IMG/VR virus record: IMGVR_UViG_3300047272_000017
Span: 1 to 25,187 of that record
Direction: 5' to 3' (one strand)
DNA length: 25,187 nt
Source of the DNA: a virus
Taxonomy: Duplodnaviria > Caudoviricetes
This document shows positions 8,814 through 17,469 of the stretch, piece after piece. A model generated the notes under the pieces. That model saw only the letters and a program-made list of their open reading frames with translations. It made no database searches and was not told where the DNA came from. Each line of letters opens with the position of its first letter. Position 1 is the first letter of the stretch. A program made the translations under genes and the position numbers.

Positions 8814-9971
8814 TTAAAACTGAGCCATGTAATACGTTTTTGCCGTCGATGGTCCTGTCACTGGTGCTGGCAAACTTGCCCAGCCAGTACCAGTCGACGT
8901 GAGCAAATTGCCAGCGCCTCCGGGTGATGTTAGACCAGTACCGCCATAAGCTGCCGCAAGCGCATTCGCAAGCTGCAAACCAGTGGATGTGAGCTGCATT
9001 TTCCATGCACTCTTAGCCTGTGTAAAGCCCCCGACGTACCATTGGTGAGCATTTGCTGTACCAGTGCTGTCGGTAGCGTAAACCAAGTTGCCAGTCGTTC
9101 CAGAGCCCGATGGAGCAGAGCCAAAAACGTAGGCTTCGCAAGCGCCTGTAACGGTGTACACGGGATCAGCGTAGCCTGAGCTTGTGTAGCCCAAGTCAGC
9201 CCACCCATGCACGTCTGTACTCAAGTCGGAGTAGGCAACGAAGTCAGCCGAAGCGCTTGCACCAGCGTTTGCGTTGTAGATATACGACTGCACGTACAGG
9301 TCTTGATCGCCTGTGGCCGCAAATGTTGGGTTTGTCGCGCCGCTCAATGGAGCCGTGTCGCCAACACGCAAGTACGTGCCGTTGAATTGAAAGTTCGGAC
9401 TGAACTGAGTGGTGTTCGGTGCCGATTGATAAGGCACCTCAAAAGCCGCTCCGCCAGCCAAATTGGTTGCAGTGGTAGCTGCGGGTGCGGCGACCCAATT
9501 GAAGGCCGTGCCGGTCCATCCAAGCACCAAGCCAGCCACAGAGGGAGCTGGGGCAAACGCCGTCACACCCGTGGCCGATTGATACACGATTTGGCTTGCA
9601 GCACCACCCGCAATGTTCGTTGCGTTGGTGGCGTTGTTGGCGGTGCCCACCGTCAGCGTGTTTGGGTTGATGTATGCGGGTGCAGAGGCACCAGCGGCCA
9701 ACACAAAGCCTGCGGTGGCCAACGGAAGGTATGCAGTGACGCCAGTGGCGCTTTGATACACCACGGTGCCTGTGTTGCCGCCGGGCAAGTTGCCAGTAGC
9801 ACCAGCCGAACTAGCGATGATCTTGACCGCGCCCGTGTTGTCCTTGTAGTACAGCTTGCCATCGGTGATGTTGATGGCCAATTCGCCCGAGGCGAGGTTG
9901 GCTGCCAACGGCTGTTGGGAGACTGTCGTGCTGTAGTAAAGCTGAATGGGGGTGTAGCCTGCTGCTGACAT
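8814..9971 (-). CDS. Tail fibre protein with Mtd/gp34-like N-terminal attachment motif
   Basis: N-terminal PLAANLASGELAINITDGKLYYKD and three internal GG..xxYQSA repeats. GAGGA RBS. Confidence 0.8.
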   Translation of the reverse strand: MSAAGYTPIQLYYSTTVSQQPLAANLASGELAINITDGKLYYKDNTGAVKIIASSAGATGNLPGGNTGTVVYQSATGVTAYLPLATAGFVLAAGASAPAYINPNTLTVGTANNATNATNIAGGAASQIVYQSATGVTAFAPAPSVAGLVLGWTGTAFNWVAAPAATTATNLAGGAAFEVPYQSAPNTTQFSPNFQFNGTYLRVGDTAPLSGATNPTFAATGDQDLYVQSYIYNANAGASASADFVAYSDLSTDVHGWADLGYTSSGYADPVYTVTGACEAYVFGSAPSGSGTTGNLVYATDSTGTANAHQWYVGGFTQAKSAWKMQLTSTGLQLANALAAAYGGTGLTSPGGAGNLLTSTGTGWASLPAPVTGPSTAKTYYMAQF

Positions 9972-9973
9972 GT

Positions 9974-10246
9974 TTATTCCTCAACTAATCCGCCATAAGG
10001 GACTTCTGATCCTGACAGGTCATCAAGATTCACGTCTGGCCGTGGGTATTGTAAAGTGATCCGCTCAGTTTTGCGAGCAGGAAGTCGATAAGGATCTTTC
10101 TCGTCCGCGCATCCTTGCTGGCACACCTTGAGGCCGGGGAAGTTTGGATCAGGCATGGCTTCAACAATCGGGCGCTTCATCTTGCAACGGTCGCAAACAA
10201 AGATTGCAACCGAAGCGTTTCCACGGGTGTCTAAAAATTTAGGCAT
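9974..10246 (-). CDS. Small Zn-finger-like virion-associated protein (90 aa)
   Basis: Start is probably ATG 10246 (TAATG overlap). MPKFLDTRG...CDRC...VCQQGC...PRPD. Confidence 0.75.
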   Translation of the reverse strand: MPKFLDTRGNASVAIFVCDRCKMKRPIVEAMPDPNFPGLKVCQQGCADEKDPYRLPARKTERITLQYPRPDVNLDDLSGSEVPYGGLVEE

Positions 10247-11319
10247 TACCGTGTGTACACGCTGACGTTGGGCGCAAAGTAGATCGGCGACTTGTCGCGC
10301 TCTTCTTGCTCGGCCATGATGAAATACTTCTCGGCTTGGCCTTCCAAATACTGGATCTTTGCCAAGTCGACCGCAGGCAATTGTTGGCTCATCTGGTGGG
10401 CCAGCATGTTTTGGATCGCCATCAACCAACGGTCAGGGACCGCCAATTGGCCATTCAACGAGCCGACGTCCTGAATTTGCGCTGAGTACCACACCGTCAT
10501 TTGATAGAAGGCGCTCTGAGGCGTTGGCCACAGGGTGATTGTTGCTTGTGGGATCGTGCGGTTCAACCAATACTGGAATGGCTGGTTGGCCGTGAAATTC
10601 TTGTTGGGCAGGTTGGTGTAGTCATCACGGTTCAAGCGAGCCATGGTGATCTCTGTAGAGTTCACACCGAGGTACCACTCACGGATGGCCAGCGTTGTTC
10701 CGCCAAACGCTTGGATTCGGTAGTACAGCACGTTTGAGCCGGGATCAATGTCTTGCCAAATCCACTGGCCATCGGTCACCGTCACAGCCGTCTCGGTGTA
10801 CAGCGTGGTCCATGTGACACCATCAGGCGACGATTGGTACCGGTAGCTCCAAACCGCAGAGCCACCACCTGCCACGTATGGCATCATGCCAATCGAGCCG
10901 ATGTATTGGGGGCTGTTTGCGGGGTAGGTGACAACGATGTCACCGTTGGGATTAGTCTGCTGGCAGTATGTATCGACGTTGTCATCCGCCACGTTGGCGG
11001 CAGTGCCGCCAGCGGATGAGACGTAAGAGCCTGTAGGCTGCGTCATCCAGCGGTACAAGGCGTTTAAAACGTCATTCCCACCCACAGGTAGCAGGTACTC
11101 GTATTCGTTCGGCTGGAGGCCAAATACGTGCTTCTTGATGGCGAAATACTGAATACCCTGATTGATCAGGTTGCTCAGGATCATGAACAGCGACTGTTTG
11201 GAGGCTTGCACCTGCTCAACGGTCAACTCTTCCGCCAGCTTACCAGCGCGTCTAGCCCCGTCGTCGATCAAATTTTGAACGGTGACGACTGTTTGTCCTA
11301 CTGTTCCGCTGTATGCCAT
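10246..11319 (-). CDS. Head-tail connector/adaptor with inserted beta-sandwich domain
   Basis: MAYSGT...LIDDGARRAG N-terminus and LNRDDYTNLPNK...ITLWPTP C-terminal half resemble podovirus adaptors. The central ~125 aa look discoidin-like. Confidence 0.7.
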   Translation of the reverse strand: MAYSGTVGQTVVTVQNLIDDGARRAGKLAEELTVEQVQASKQSLFMILSNLINQGIQYFAIKKHVFGLQPNEYEYLLPVGGNDVLNALYRWMTQPTGSYVSSAGGTAANVADDNVDTYCQQTNPNGDIVVTYPANSPQYIGSIGMMPYVAGGGSAVWSYRYQSSPDGVTWTTLYTETAVTVTDGQWIWQDIDPGSNVLYYRIQAFGGTTLAIREWYLGVNSTEITMARLNRDDYTNLPNKNFTANQPFQYWLNRTIPQATITLWPTPQSAFYQMTVWYSAQIQDVGSLNGQLAVPDRWLMAIQNMLAHQMSQQLPAVDLAKIQYLEGQAEKYFIMAEQEERDKSPIYFAPNVSVYTR

Positions 11320-11328
11320 CTTGTTTCC

Positions 11329-11718
11329 TTACCAGCCGGGGCAGTTCCAACGCTGCATTGATGCACGCGCTCTGCTGCCCTTTTCACTTTTCTCTGCAAC
11401 AGGCTCCATTCTCGCGCAAAAAGAGTCGCGTCGGGCACCGCCTTGAGGCTGTGGAGCCTTTAAATTGCTGCCAGTCTCACGGTTGTACTTTGCACGACCT
11501 TTTGCAGTCAAACCAGCGCCCTTGTCCGCAGGCAACTTCTCTCCACGACCAACCGCAAGCGACACGCCACCCTCTTTCATCTTGGCCGTCTTTGCAGACT
11601 CCTTAAATGCTTCGGCGGTGGGCGCACCTTTGCTGCCGACCTTGCGCATCTTCTCTTTCGAGCCTGCTGCGATCCGATCGCGCTTTGCGTTGATGTTGGC
11701 GTAAAGACCGTTGGCCAT
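11329..11718 (-). CDS. Basic two-module hypothetical head-region protein
   Basis: 129 aa, K/R-rich. Module 1 is GLYANINAKR...SAKTAK, module 2 is GLTAKGRAKYNRETGSNLKAP...SFCARM; they are joined by MKEGG. Confidence 0.85.
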   Translation of the reverse strand: MANGLYANINAKRDRIAAGSKEKMRKVGSKGAPTAEAFKESAKTAKMKEGGVSLAVGRGEKLPADKGAGLTAKGRAKYNRETGSNLKAPQPQGGARRDSFCARMEPVAEKSEKGSRARASMQRWNCPGW

Positions 11719-11720
11719 GA

Positions 11721-12164
11721 TTACCAGCAGCTCTTTACTTTGCCGCCATCCTTCTTGCCACGAGAGGCCATCAGTTTTTTGTTGGCTTCTTTGATTTCGC
11801 GCAGCTTGGCCAAAGATCGCTCAATGCCTTCCATTGAAGCACGCTCCTTCTCTGGGTCACGACGCGGCACAACGGGAGCCTTGTAAGGCTCTGCCTTGTA
11901 TGGCTTTGCGTTGATGATTGCATCACGATCAGCTTTTGTGTAGCCACGTGGACGCGCAGGCAGACCAGCCTTTTGACGAGCCTCGTAGTAGTCCGTGTCG
12001 CTGTCGTAATCCATCGGATTAGTCGAGCCACCGATAGCCTTCTTGGATATGCGCTTGGTGTTGTAGGCGATGGCTACTGCCTGCTTCACTGGCTTACCAG
12101 CTTTGACTTCGGTGGAGATGTTCTTCTTGAACGCCTTGTCAGATTTTGATTTGATGAGTGGCAT
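11721..12164 (-). CDS. Basic hypothetical head-region protein (147 aa)
   Basis: Start is probably ATG 12164 (MPLIKSKSDKAFKKNISTEVKAGKPVKQAVAIAY), 2 nt after the upstream stop. Two GG motifs. Confidence 0.85.
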   Translation of the reverse strand: MPLIKSKSDKAFKKNISTEVKAGKPVKQAVAIAYNTKRISKKAIGGSTNPMDYDSDTDYYEARQKAGLPARPRGYTKADRDAIINAKPYKAEPYKAPVVPRRDPEKERASMEGIERSLAKLREIKEANKKLMASRGKKDGGKVKSCW

Positions 12165-12166
12165 AT

Positions 12167-12898
12167 TTAATCCGAGTTCTTGATGAGATAGCCCTCTTGG
12201 GCAACTGCGACTGAACCTGTTCCGCTTTGAATCTTGCACTGAAGCTGAATGTCTGTTTTCTCAAGGAATGGACGAGGCATGATGCGCAAAGCGTCGTAGC
12301 TCATGGCAAATGGCGCTTGCTGCGTCAACTGGACCACACCAGCAGAGCTGATTGTCTTGTTGCGATACGTCACGTAATCGTTGCCATTGAGCGATGTGTA
12401 AATCGCCACGCGCTGCAAGAAGAACGTGTAGCCAGCGGGAACCGTGTAAATGGCAGATTGTGTTCGTCCAACGCCAGTGTTGATCTGAGCGTAGGTAACC
12501 GTTGCGCCTGCATTCTTCAGGTACACGGCACCTGCTGGGTTCGTTGCGCTGCCAGTAGAGACAAACATGCTGTTGATGCGCAAATAGCTGTTGACCGTTG
12601 CAACTGGCGTTGTGCCATTGAGGGTCACCACTTCGCTGATTTGAGCGTAATTGGCATCCAAACCAACAACCGTGATCTTGGCGGTGTCACCGTTGGAGCC
12701 GGACATGTACATGACTGCGGCAGCCGTTGGGTACGTGTAATCAGTGGCGTTCTCCCAAACAGGGATGAAAGTCGTACCGATGGTTGGTTGGTAGCCGTAG
12801 ATGTTGACCGTGCTGTGGCCTTGAATCTGTCCGCGTGCAACCTGCAAGTCAAAAGGCTCGTAAGCCCCTTGACGCGACACTGATGAGTACGTTCCCAT
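12167..12898 (-). CDS. Virion structural protein (beta-rich)
   Basis: 243 aa with FDLQVARGQIQGH, GLDANYAQISEVVTLNG and IYTVPAGYT. Lies among head and neck genes. Confidence 0.75.
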   Translation of the reverse strand: MGTYSSVSRQGAYEPFDLQVARGQIQGHSTVNIYGYQPTIGTTFIPVWENATDYTYPTAAAVMYMSGSNGDTAKITVVGLDANYAQISEVVTLNGTTPVATVNSYLRINSMFVSTGSATNPAGAVYLKNAGATVTYAQINTGVGRTQSAIYTVPAGYTFFLQRVAIYTSLNGNDYVTYRNKTISSAGVVQLTQQAPFAMSYDALRIMPRPFLEKTDIQLQCKIQSGTGSVAVAQEGYLIKNSD

Positions 12899-12902
12899 GG
12901 CT

Positions 12903-13184
12903 TTAGCCGCAGAAGACTGTGATGGTGGCGCTCGTTGGGAGCGTCACGTGGATGTTTGTTGTGAACCGCAGACCGTTGCCGGGGATCAACATTGTGACCA
13001 CGCTGGTGTCGGTTGTGAGGTCGATTGTTGCCACGACTGTGCCGCTTGCGCCGCCGTCACGAAGGACGACTGAGCCTGCTGTGCCGCCGGGCTTGATGTG
13101 GTAGCCAGCCACGTTGGTTGCGCCTGCATACAGAGCACCTGTCGCGCTTGCATAGGCCGAGAATACGTTTGTTAGAGTGCTCAT
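12903..13184 (-). CDS. Small virion structural protein
   Basis: 93 aa, GGAG RBS, all-beta pattern (VVLRDGGASGT...IPGNGLRF). Confidence 0.75.
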   Translation of the reverse strand: MSTLTNVFSAYASATGALYAGATNVAGYHIKPGGTAGSVVLRDGGASGTVVATIDLTTDTSVVTMLIPGNGLRFTTNIHVTLPTSATITVFCG

Positions 13185-13197
13185 GAAAGCTCCAATT

Positions 13198-13222
13198 AAA
13201 AGCAGGGGCCGAAGCCCCTACT
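13198..13222 (-). terminator. Rho-independent terminator
   Basis: Minus strand AGTAGGGGC-TTCG-GCCCCTGCT followed by TTT: a cUUCGg-capped GC stem just after the stop at 13228. Confidence 0.85.
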
Positions 13223-13227
13223 CAGGT

Positions 13228-14295
13228 TTAGCACACCTTGCCGCCGCGCTTCTTTGTGGGAGGCGCAACTGTGACGGACTTTTCAGTCTTGGTCACGCTA
13301 CCAGCGGGATTCATCTTGCCCTTGACAAAGTCACGGATCTTTCCGAAGCCCTCTTTGGCCATGCTGATGGGATTCAGGGCATCTTCAAGCTCACGGCTTG
13401 CTTTGTCCGAAATCGCTTTTGCATCGACCACGTCACCTTCTGCATACTTAGCGACTTTGCCGCCTTTCTTGAAGGTGCCTGATTGCAAGCTGTTGGCCAC
13501 GGGACGTGACACAGGTTTACGTGGCATTGCTACTGCTTTGCCGTCGTCAACCTTACCCCCCGTGGCATAGGCTTTTTTTGCTGAACCGCCTTTTTTGAAG
13601 CCACCAGCATTGCCATTGCGCACGCCACCTGTTGAGGTGCCGCTCACGCCAGCTTTTGCAGTGTCAGCAGGACGGTTTTCCCAATCAACCTTGCCGCCTT
13701 TAGCGAAGCCACCTGCGTTGCTCATTTTGACGCCCTTGGTACCCTTTGCGGTATCAGTCTTGTCGCCATCAACAACTTTGGTGTTGGCAAATTTGCCGAC
13801 GTTGCCTTTGATAGTGCCGCCCATGGCAAAGCCACCAGCATTACTATTCTTGACGCCGCCAGTGCCCTTAGCGCTGTCGTTCTTGTCACCGTCAACCACT
13901 TTAGTCTTGGCGAACTGCTTGACGCTGTTCTTCAAGGTTGTCTTGGTTGAAGCTGAGTCGATCTCACCGCCAGAAGCGAACTTCTTGCCAGCCATTGCCT
14001 TCTTGATCATTGCGCGATCTTGAGCTGCATCTTCGTGCTCTGCCTTACCACCCTTTTTGTAAAGGTTGGGGTTCATAGCGCGACGACGCATGGCCATTGA
14101 AGGCTTCATAGGAGCAGCAGCAGGTGCCATACCGCCACGGGCAGGCATACCAGCAGGCATTTGAGCAGGCATGGATGACTGCATTGGCATGAAGCCACCG
14201 TCAGCCTTACCTTGCACTTTGCCGCCTTTTTTGAGCTTCAGAATAACTGAAGGCTCTGTGGTCATCATTTTGACCATTGGCTTAAATTGACCCAT
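13228..14295 (-). CDS. Highly basic low-complexity protein with ~12 xxGGxV repeats (putative internal head/DNA-binding protein)
   Basis: 355 aa, K/G/A/M-rich, strong AGGAGG RBS, two genes after the MCP. Confidence 0.85.
   Translation of the reverse strand: MGQFKPMVKMMTTEPSVILKLKKGGKVQGKADGGFMPMQSSMPAQMPAGMPARGGMAPAAAPMKPSMAMRRRAMNPNLYKKGGKAEHEDAAQDRAMIKKAMAGKKFASGGEIDSASTKTTLKNSVKQFAKTKVVDGDKNDSAKGTGGVKNSNAGGFAMGGTIKGNVGKFANTKVVDGDKTDTAKGTKGVKMSNAGGFAKGGKVDWENRPADTAKAGVSGTSTGGVRNGNAGGFKKGGSAKKAYATGGKVDDGKAVAMPRKPVSRPVANSLQSGTFKKGGKVAKYAEGDVVDAKAISDKASRELEDALNPISMAKEGFGKIRDFVKGKMNPAGSVTKTEKSVTVAPPTKKRGGKVC
13590..13920 (-). repeat. Intragenic ~41-aa tandem repeat (2 full copies plus 1 partial)
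   Basis: FAKTKVVDGDKNDSAKGTGGVKNSNAGGFAMGG / FANTKVVDGDKTDTAKGTKGVKMSNAGGFAKGG / ..TGGVRNGNAGGFKKGG. Confidence 0.85.
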
Positions 14296-14307
14296 GATGG
14301 CCTCCTA

Positions 14308-15273
14308 TTAGGCTTGAGTTACGCCGAGAGCACCTTGACGCGTAGCGTTAGGGCCGACTTGGATGGCGTTACATGCAATCGTCAAGATCAAGCGGCTGAT
14401 GCCGTTTGTTGCTGAAGATGGAACGTAAGTGCCGCGCACGTCACCAGTTGTGGTGGTAGCAGCAGCCGTAGCAGCAGCAACGAATGTGCCTGCGTCACGA
14501 GCCAGTGTGTTAGCCCAACCAGCGCCAACGATGTAACCAGCGTCAACCACACGAATTGGCAAGCCAATGATGTCGGTTGTGCCAACGGTCACAGCAGTTG
14601 CAGAACCTGCAATCGCCACGTTAGAAACTTGGTAGAAAGCCTTCTTGCCGTTCACGGGAGTGGCAGCAACAGACACTGTGATCACTTCAGACATGGGTTG
14701 ACCGTAGTAGTCATAGCCAGTCACGGTGAATGCACGAGCGGTTGTTGAGCTGTTCACGCTCAGAGCGCGAGGGACGTCCAACTGGATCACGGTAGTGCCA
14801 TCAGAGCGAACCACAGACTTGGCCGATGCGCCAGCAGTCAAAGTCAAGTTGCCAGCGGCAGCAGGAGCTTGAGAAGCGGCAACAGCGGTTGTGCTGAGTG
14901 CTTGAGGGATCACGTCAAACGTGTAAGTGCGGCCAACAGGACCAACGCCCAAAGACATTGGAGATGGATCGCCCAGCAATGAATTGCCAGAAGCAAACAG
15001 GTTGATAGCACCAGTAGCGCTTGAAGAAGCACTCAGGGTGTATGTACCTGCGCCGCCGGAACCAGTACCGAAAGCAGTGATGTACGAACCGGCAGTCACG
15101 CCTGTACCGCCGATGAATTGGCCCAAGACCAAAGCGTCGCCAGACAGTTGAGCTGTCACAGTCATTGTTGTACCAGACACGGAGCCAGCGAACACACCCT
15201 CAACAGGTGATGTGGCCGTACCCATGTACGTTTGGGCTGGACCTAAAAACAGGTCGTCAGAAAATTGAGGCAT
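14308..15273 (-). CDS. Virion structural protein, probable capsid decoration
   Basis: 321 aa, A/T/G/V-rich, AGGAG RBS, immediately after the MCP. Confidence 0.7.
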   Translation of the reverse strand: MPQFSDDLFLGPAQTYMGTATSPVEGVFAGSVSGTTMTVTAQLSGDALVLGQFIGGTGVTAGSYITAFGTGSGGAGTYTLSASSSATGAINLFASGNSLLGDPSPMSLGVGPVGRTYTFDVIPQALSTTAVAASQAPAAAGNLTLTAGASAKSVVRSDGTTVIQLDVPRALSVNSSTTARAFTVTGYDYYGQPMSEVITVSVAATPVNGKKAFYQVSNVAIAGSATAVTVGTTDIIGLPIRVVDAGYIVGAGWANTLARDAGTFVAAATAAATTTTGDVRGTYVPSSATNGISRLILTIACNAIQVGPNATRQGALGVTQA

Positions 15274-15306
15274 TGATCTTCTCCTTGAAAAGCATGATCA
15301 GGTTTT

Positions 15307-15337
15307 AAAAAGGGAGTGCAGTTTAACTGCACCCCCT
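15307..15337 (-). terminator. Rho-independent terminator after the major capsid gene
   Basis: Minus strand AGGGGGTGCAGT-TAA-ACTGCACTCCCT followed by TTTT. Confidence 0.8.
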
Positions 15338-15345
15338 GTTCGACT

Positions 15346-16260
15346 TTAGACGCCGGGTGTACCGTAGGCACAACGTGGGTCTGTGAAGCCGAGGTCGTAA
15401 CGCTCTGTCGCTTTGTAGCGCATAGAGTCAGTTTCGAAGTCGCCTTCCATGGTCTTCTCCAGACGACGGCGCATCAAGAGCTTGAAGCCCTCTGGTGCAT
15501 CGGTCTGAACCCACCATGCTGTAGAAGAAGTCAAACGTGACAACACAGCAGCGCCTTCGTCCAACAAGCCAATCGCTTTGATTGGGTTGATGTCGTTGTT
15601 AGCGTTGCCAGTGCGGAGCACAGACTTCAACAACACTTCGGCTTGGAAGATGTTGCCGGGAGCCACGATCAATTGACGTGGAACCAAACGGATCTTCTTG
15701 CCGTTGTTGTCAACAGCTTGACGGATCTGGATCAACATTTGCTCAAGCGATGTTTGTGACAACACAGCAGCAGTAGCCAATTGGTTACTGAATGTGCCGT
15801 TCACGATTGGGTGAGCGGTGTTGATCAAGGAGACGCCGTCGCCACCAGCGTAGCTGTTGTTGAAGGCGGTGTTGAGCACGTTAGCGGCCAACAATTCTTT
15901 GGTTTCCACCAAAGATTGAGCCAAGTGGCGTGCATAGACTTGACCGATACGGATGTGATCGCCGTCCTCAACCAACACTTTGGTCAAAGCGAAGGCCAAG
16001 CCATACACTTTGTACACATAGCGCTTCAAGAACAGGACACCACCTTGTTGGTAAGTCACTGGAGTACCGTCGGGCAACTGTGGAGCTGCACCGAAACCGT
16101 AGAGCACGGGCTCTTCGTGGTAGTTACGTGGGATGCCGTCTTCTTCGCGGAACACACGGCTCCACTCGTCGGCACGTTGGTCATAGACTCCGTCGAAACA
16201 TTCGTTGAGGATGGGTTCAACAATCGAACGGAAGTCCGTACTGCGCATTGGGGCTGCCAT
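15346..16260 (-). CDS. Major capsid protein (HK97 fold, Mu gpT-like family)
   Basis: 304 aa with YGFGAAP..PDG, GDGVSLINTAHP, PRQLIVAP and GDFETDSMRYKATERYDLGFTDPR. AAGGAG RBS; followed by a terminator. Confidence 0.9.
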   Translation of the reverse strand: MAAPMRSTDFRSIVEPILNECFDGVYDQRADEWSRVFREEDGIPRNYHEEPVLYGFGAAPQLPDGTPVTYQQGGVLFLKRYVYKVYGLAFALTKVLVEDGDHIRIGQVYARHLAQSLVETKELLAANVLNTAFNNSYAGGDGVSLINTAHPIVNGTFSNQLATAAVLSQTSLEQMLIQIRQAVDNNGKKIRLVPRQLIVAPGNIFQAEVLLKSVLRTGNANNDINPIKAIGLLDEGAAVLSRLTSSTAWWVQTDAPEGFKLLMRRRLEKTMEGDFETDSMRYKATERYDLGFTDPRCAYGTPGV

Positions 16261-16275
16261 TTGTTAGCTCCTTAA

Positions 16276-16890
16276 TTAAACGATAGCTGTCACGCTACCG
16301 AAGTATTGTGAGGAAGCGTTAACGACACGAACGATAACGTAGGCATCACCCCAGTTATTGTCCACATAGGGAGCGATGTCCACAACGCGCATCTGACCTT
16401 GAGCGCCGTTGGCCACAGCAGTAGACACGCCCAAGCAAGTCGAAGACAAGCCAGTAGTGGTAGAGCCAGAGGTCACGGTCAAGCCGGTAGTTGCGGAGAA
16501 GTTGTATTCGCCACCCAGAGATGTCTGAGCAATAGTTGCGTCAGTTTGGATCTCGTACACGATGTTTTGATCGTTGTAGAAGTAAGCAACGCACGAACCA
16601 GTTTGGAACGTAGTGCTGGCAGGCCAGTAGTTGCTAACGCGACGACGACCAGTAGTGTCGGTGTACTCAACGCCAGCGAAAGCGCCAGACCAAACGCCAG
16701 TAGCGGCAGCATTGGTGATGGTACCAGCGGCGACGGATGTACCGGCAGTGCTGTTGTAGCGCACAGGTGCGCCCTTCAAGATGTCAGTGGCGTAGCCAGA
16801 GACGATACCGTTAGCGAGCGCCTGAGCGCGGTCCAAACCGGAGGGATGGAACGCAGGACGCAAGCCGAACGGAGCAGAGGTTGAACTCAT
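16276..16890 (-). CDS. Head protein upstream of the MCP (probable cement/decoration protein)
   Basis: 204 aa with APFGLRP, ILKGAPV and GAFAGVEYTD. Strong AAGGAG RBS; position between scaffold region and MCP. Confidence 0.7.
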   Translation of the reverse strand: MSSTSAPFGLRPAFHPSGLDRAQALANGIVSGYATDILKGAPVRYNSTAGTSVAAGTITNAAATGVWSGAFAGVEYTDTTGRRRVSNYWPASTTFQTGSCVAYFYNDQNIVYEIQTDATIAQTSLGGEYNFSATTGLTVTSGSTTTGLSSTCLGVSTAVANGAQGQMRVVDIAPYVDNNWGDAYVIVRVVNASSQYFGSVTAIV

Positions 16891-16905
16891 GTGAAACTCC
16901 TTTGA

Positions 16906-17454
16906 TTAACCCGAAAATACGGGCAGTTTGCTTGGTTGTTGATCAAAATTGCCAAGACCCTCGCCCTCGACATTCACAAGCGACTTGCCGTTACTGTCAC
17001 GCTGGCCTTGCAGGCTTTCCAACTGGACACGTACTTTTTCAGCCTCTTCACGAGGGAGCTCGTGATGGTGATACAGCATGTGGTCTTGGTAGACATCCAT
17101 TGGCAGTTTGAACAGCAACATCTCGTTGCAAGAAATATACCCAACATGCTCACCGGCTTTCACTCGATAATTTTCATAGCCCGGCAACTCTTCCGACTTA
17201 ACGGGAACGTAACCGAGGCGAATCCTCTTATCAATTGAATCGTAGCTATTGGTTGTCGAAAGCCAGCAAAGGTGCCACCCATCCATGTTGGGCAGTTTTG
17301 GCAATGCTGATTGCGTCCATTCCTCACTCCACATCTTGCGACGTTCCTGTGTCGAAATGAACTTCTCTTCGGGTGCTGCGCGGCTTGCGTCCCCGCTTGC
17401 GCGGTCATTGCGTCCACCAGCATTCAAAGATTTTTTGAGACGTGATTCTGTCAT
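16906..17454 (-). CDS. Conserved head-module hypothetical protein
   Basis: ATG 17454 with GGAG RBS preferred over TTG 17466. Core GWHLCWLSTTNSYDSIDKRIRLGYVPV...EMLLFKLP. Confidence 0.8.
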   Translation of the reverse strand: MTESRLKKSLNAGGRNDRASGDASRAAPEEKFISTQERRKMWSEEWTQSALPKLPNMDGWHLCWLSTTNSYDSIDKRIRLGYVPVKSEELPGYENYRVKAGEHVGYISCNEMLLFKLPMDVYQDHMLYHHHELPREEAEKVRVQLESLQGQRDSNGKSLVNVEGEGLGNFDQQPSKLPVFSG

Positions 17455-17469
17455 GTGATTCTCCAAGTA

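Noticed and set aside
8814-9971. Possible diversity-generating retroelement suggested by the Mtd-like N-terminus
   Set aside because: No reverse transcriptase and no template/variable repeat pair seen in the window. The N-terminal motif is only an attachment module.
13590-13920. Repeats as a possible CRISPR array
   Set aside because: They are in-frame protein repeats with synonymous divergence, not identical DNA repeats with unique spacers.
13228-14295. GG motifs as bacteriocin/RiPP double-glycine leaders
   Set aside because: No C39 peptidase-ABC transporter or modifying enzymes in the window, the upstream residues do not fit the ELSxxEL leader consensus, and the context is capsid morphogenesis.
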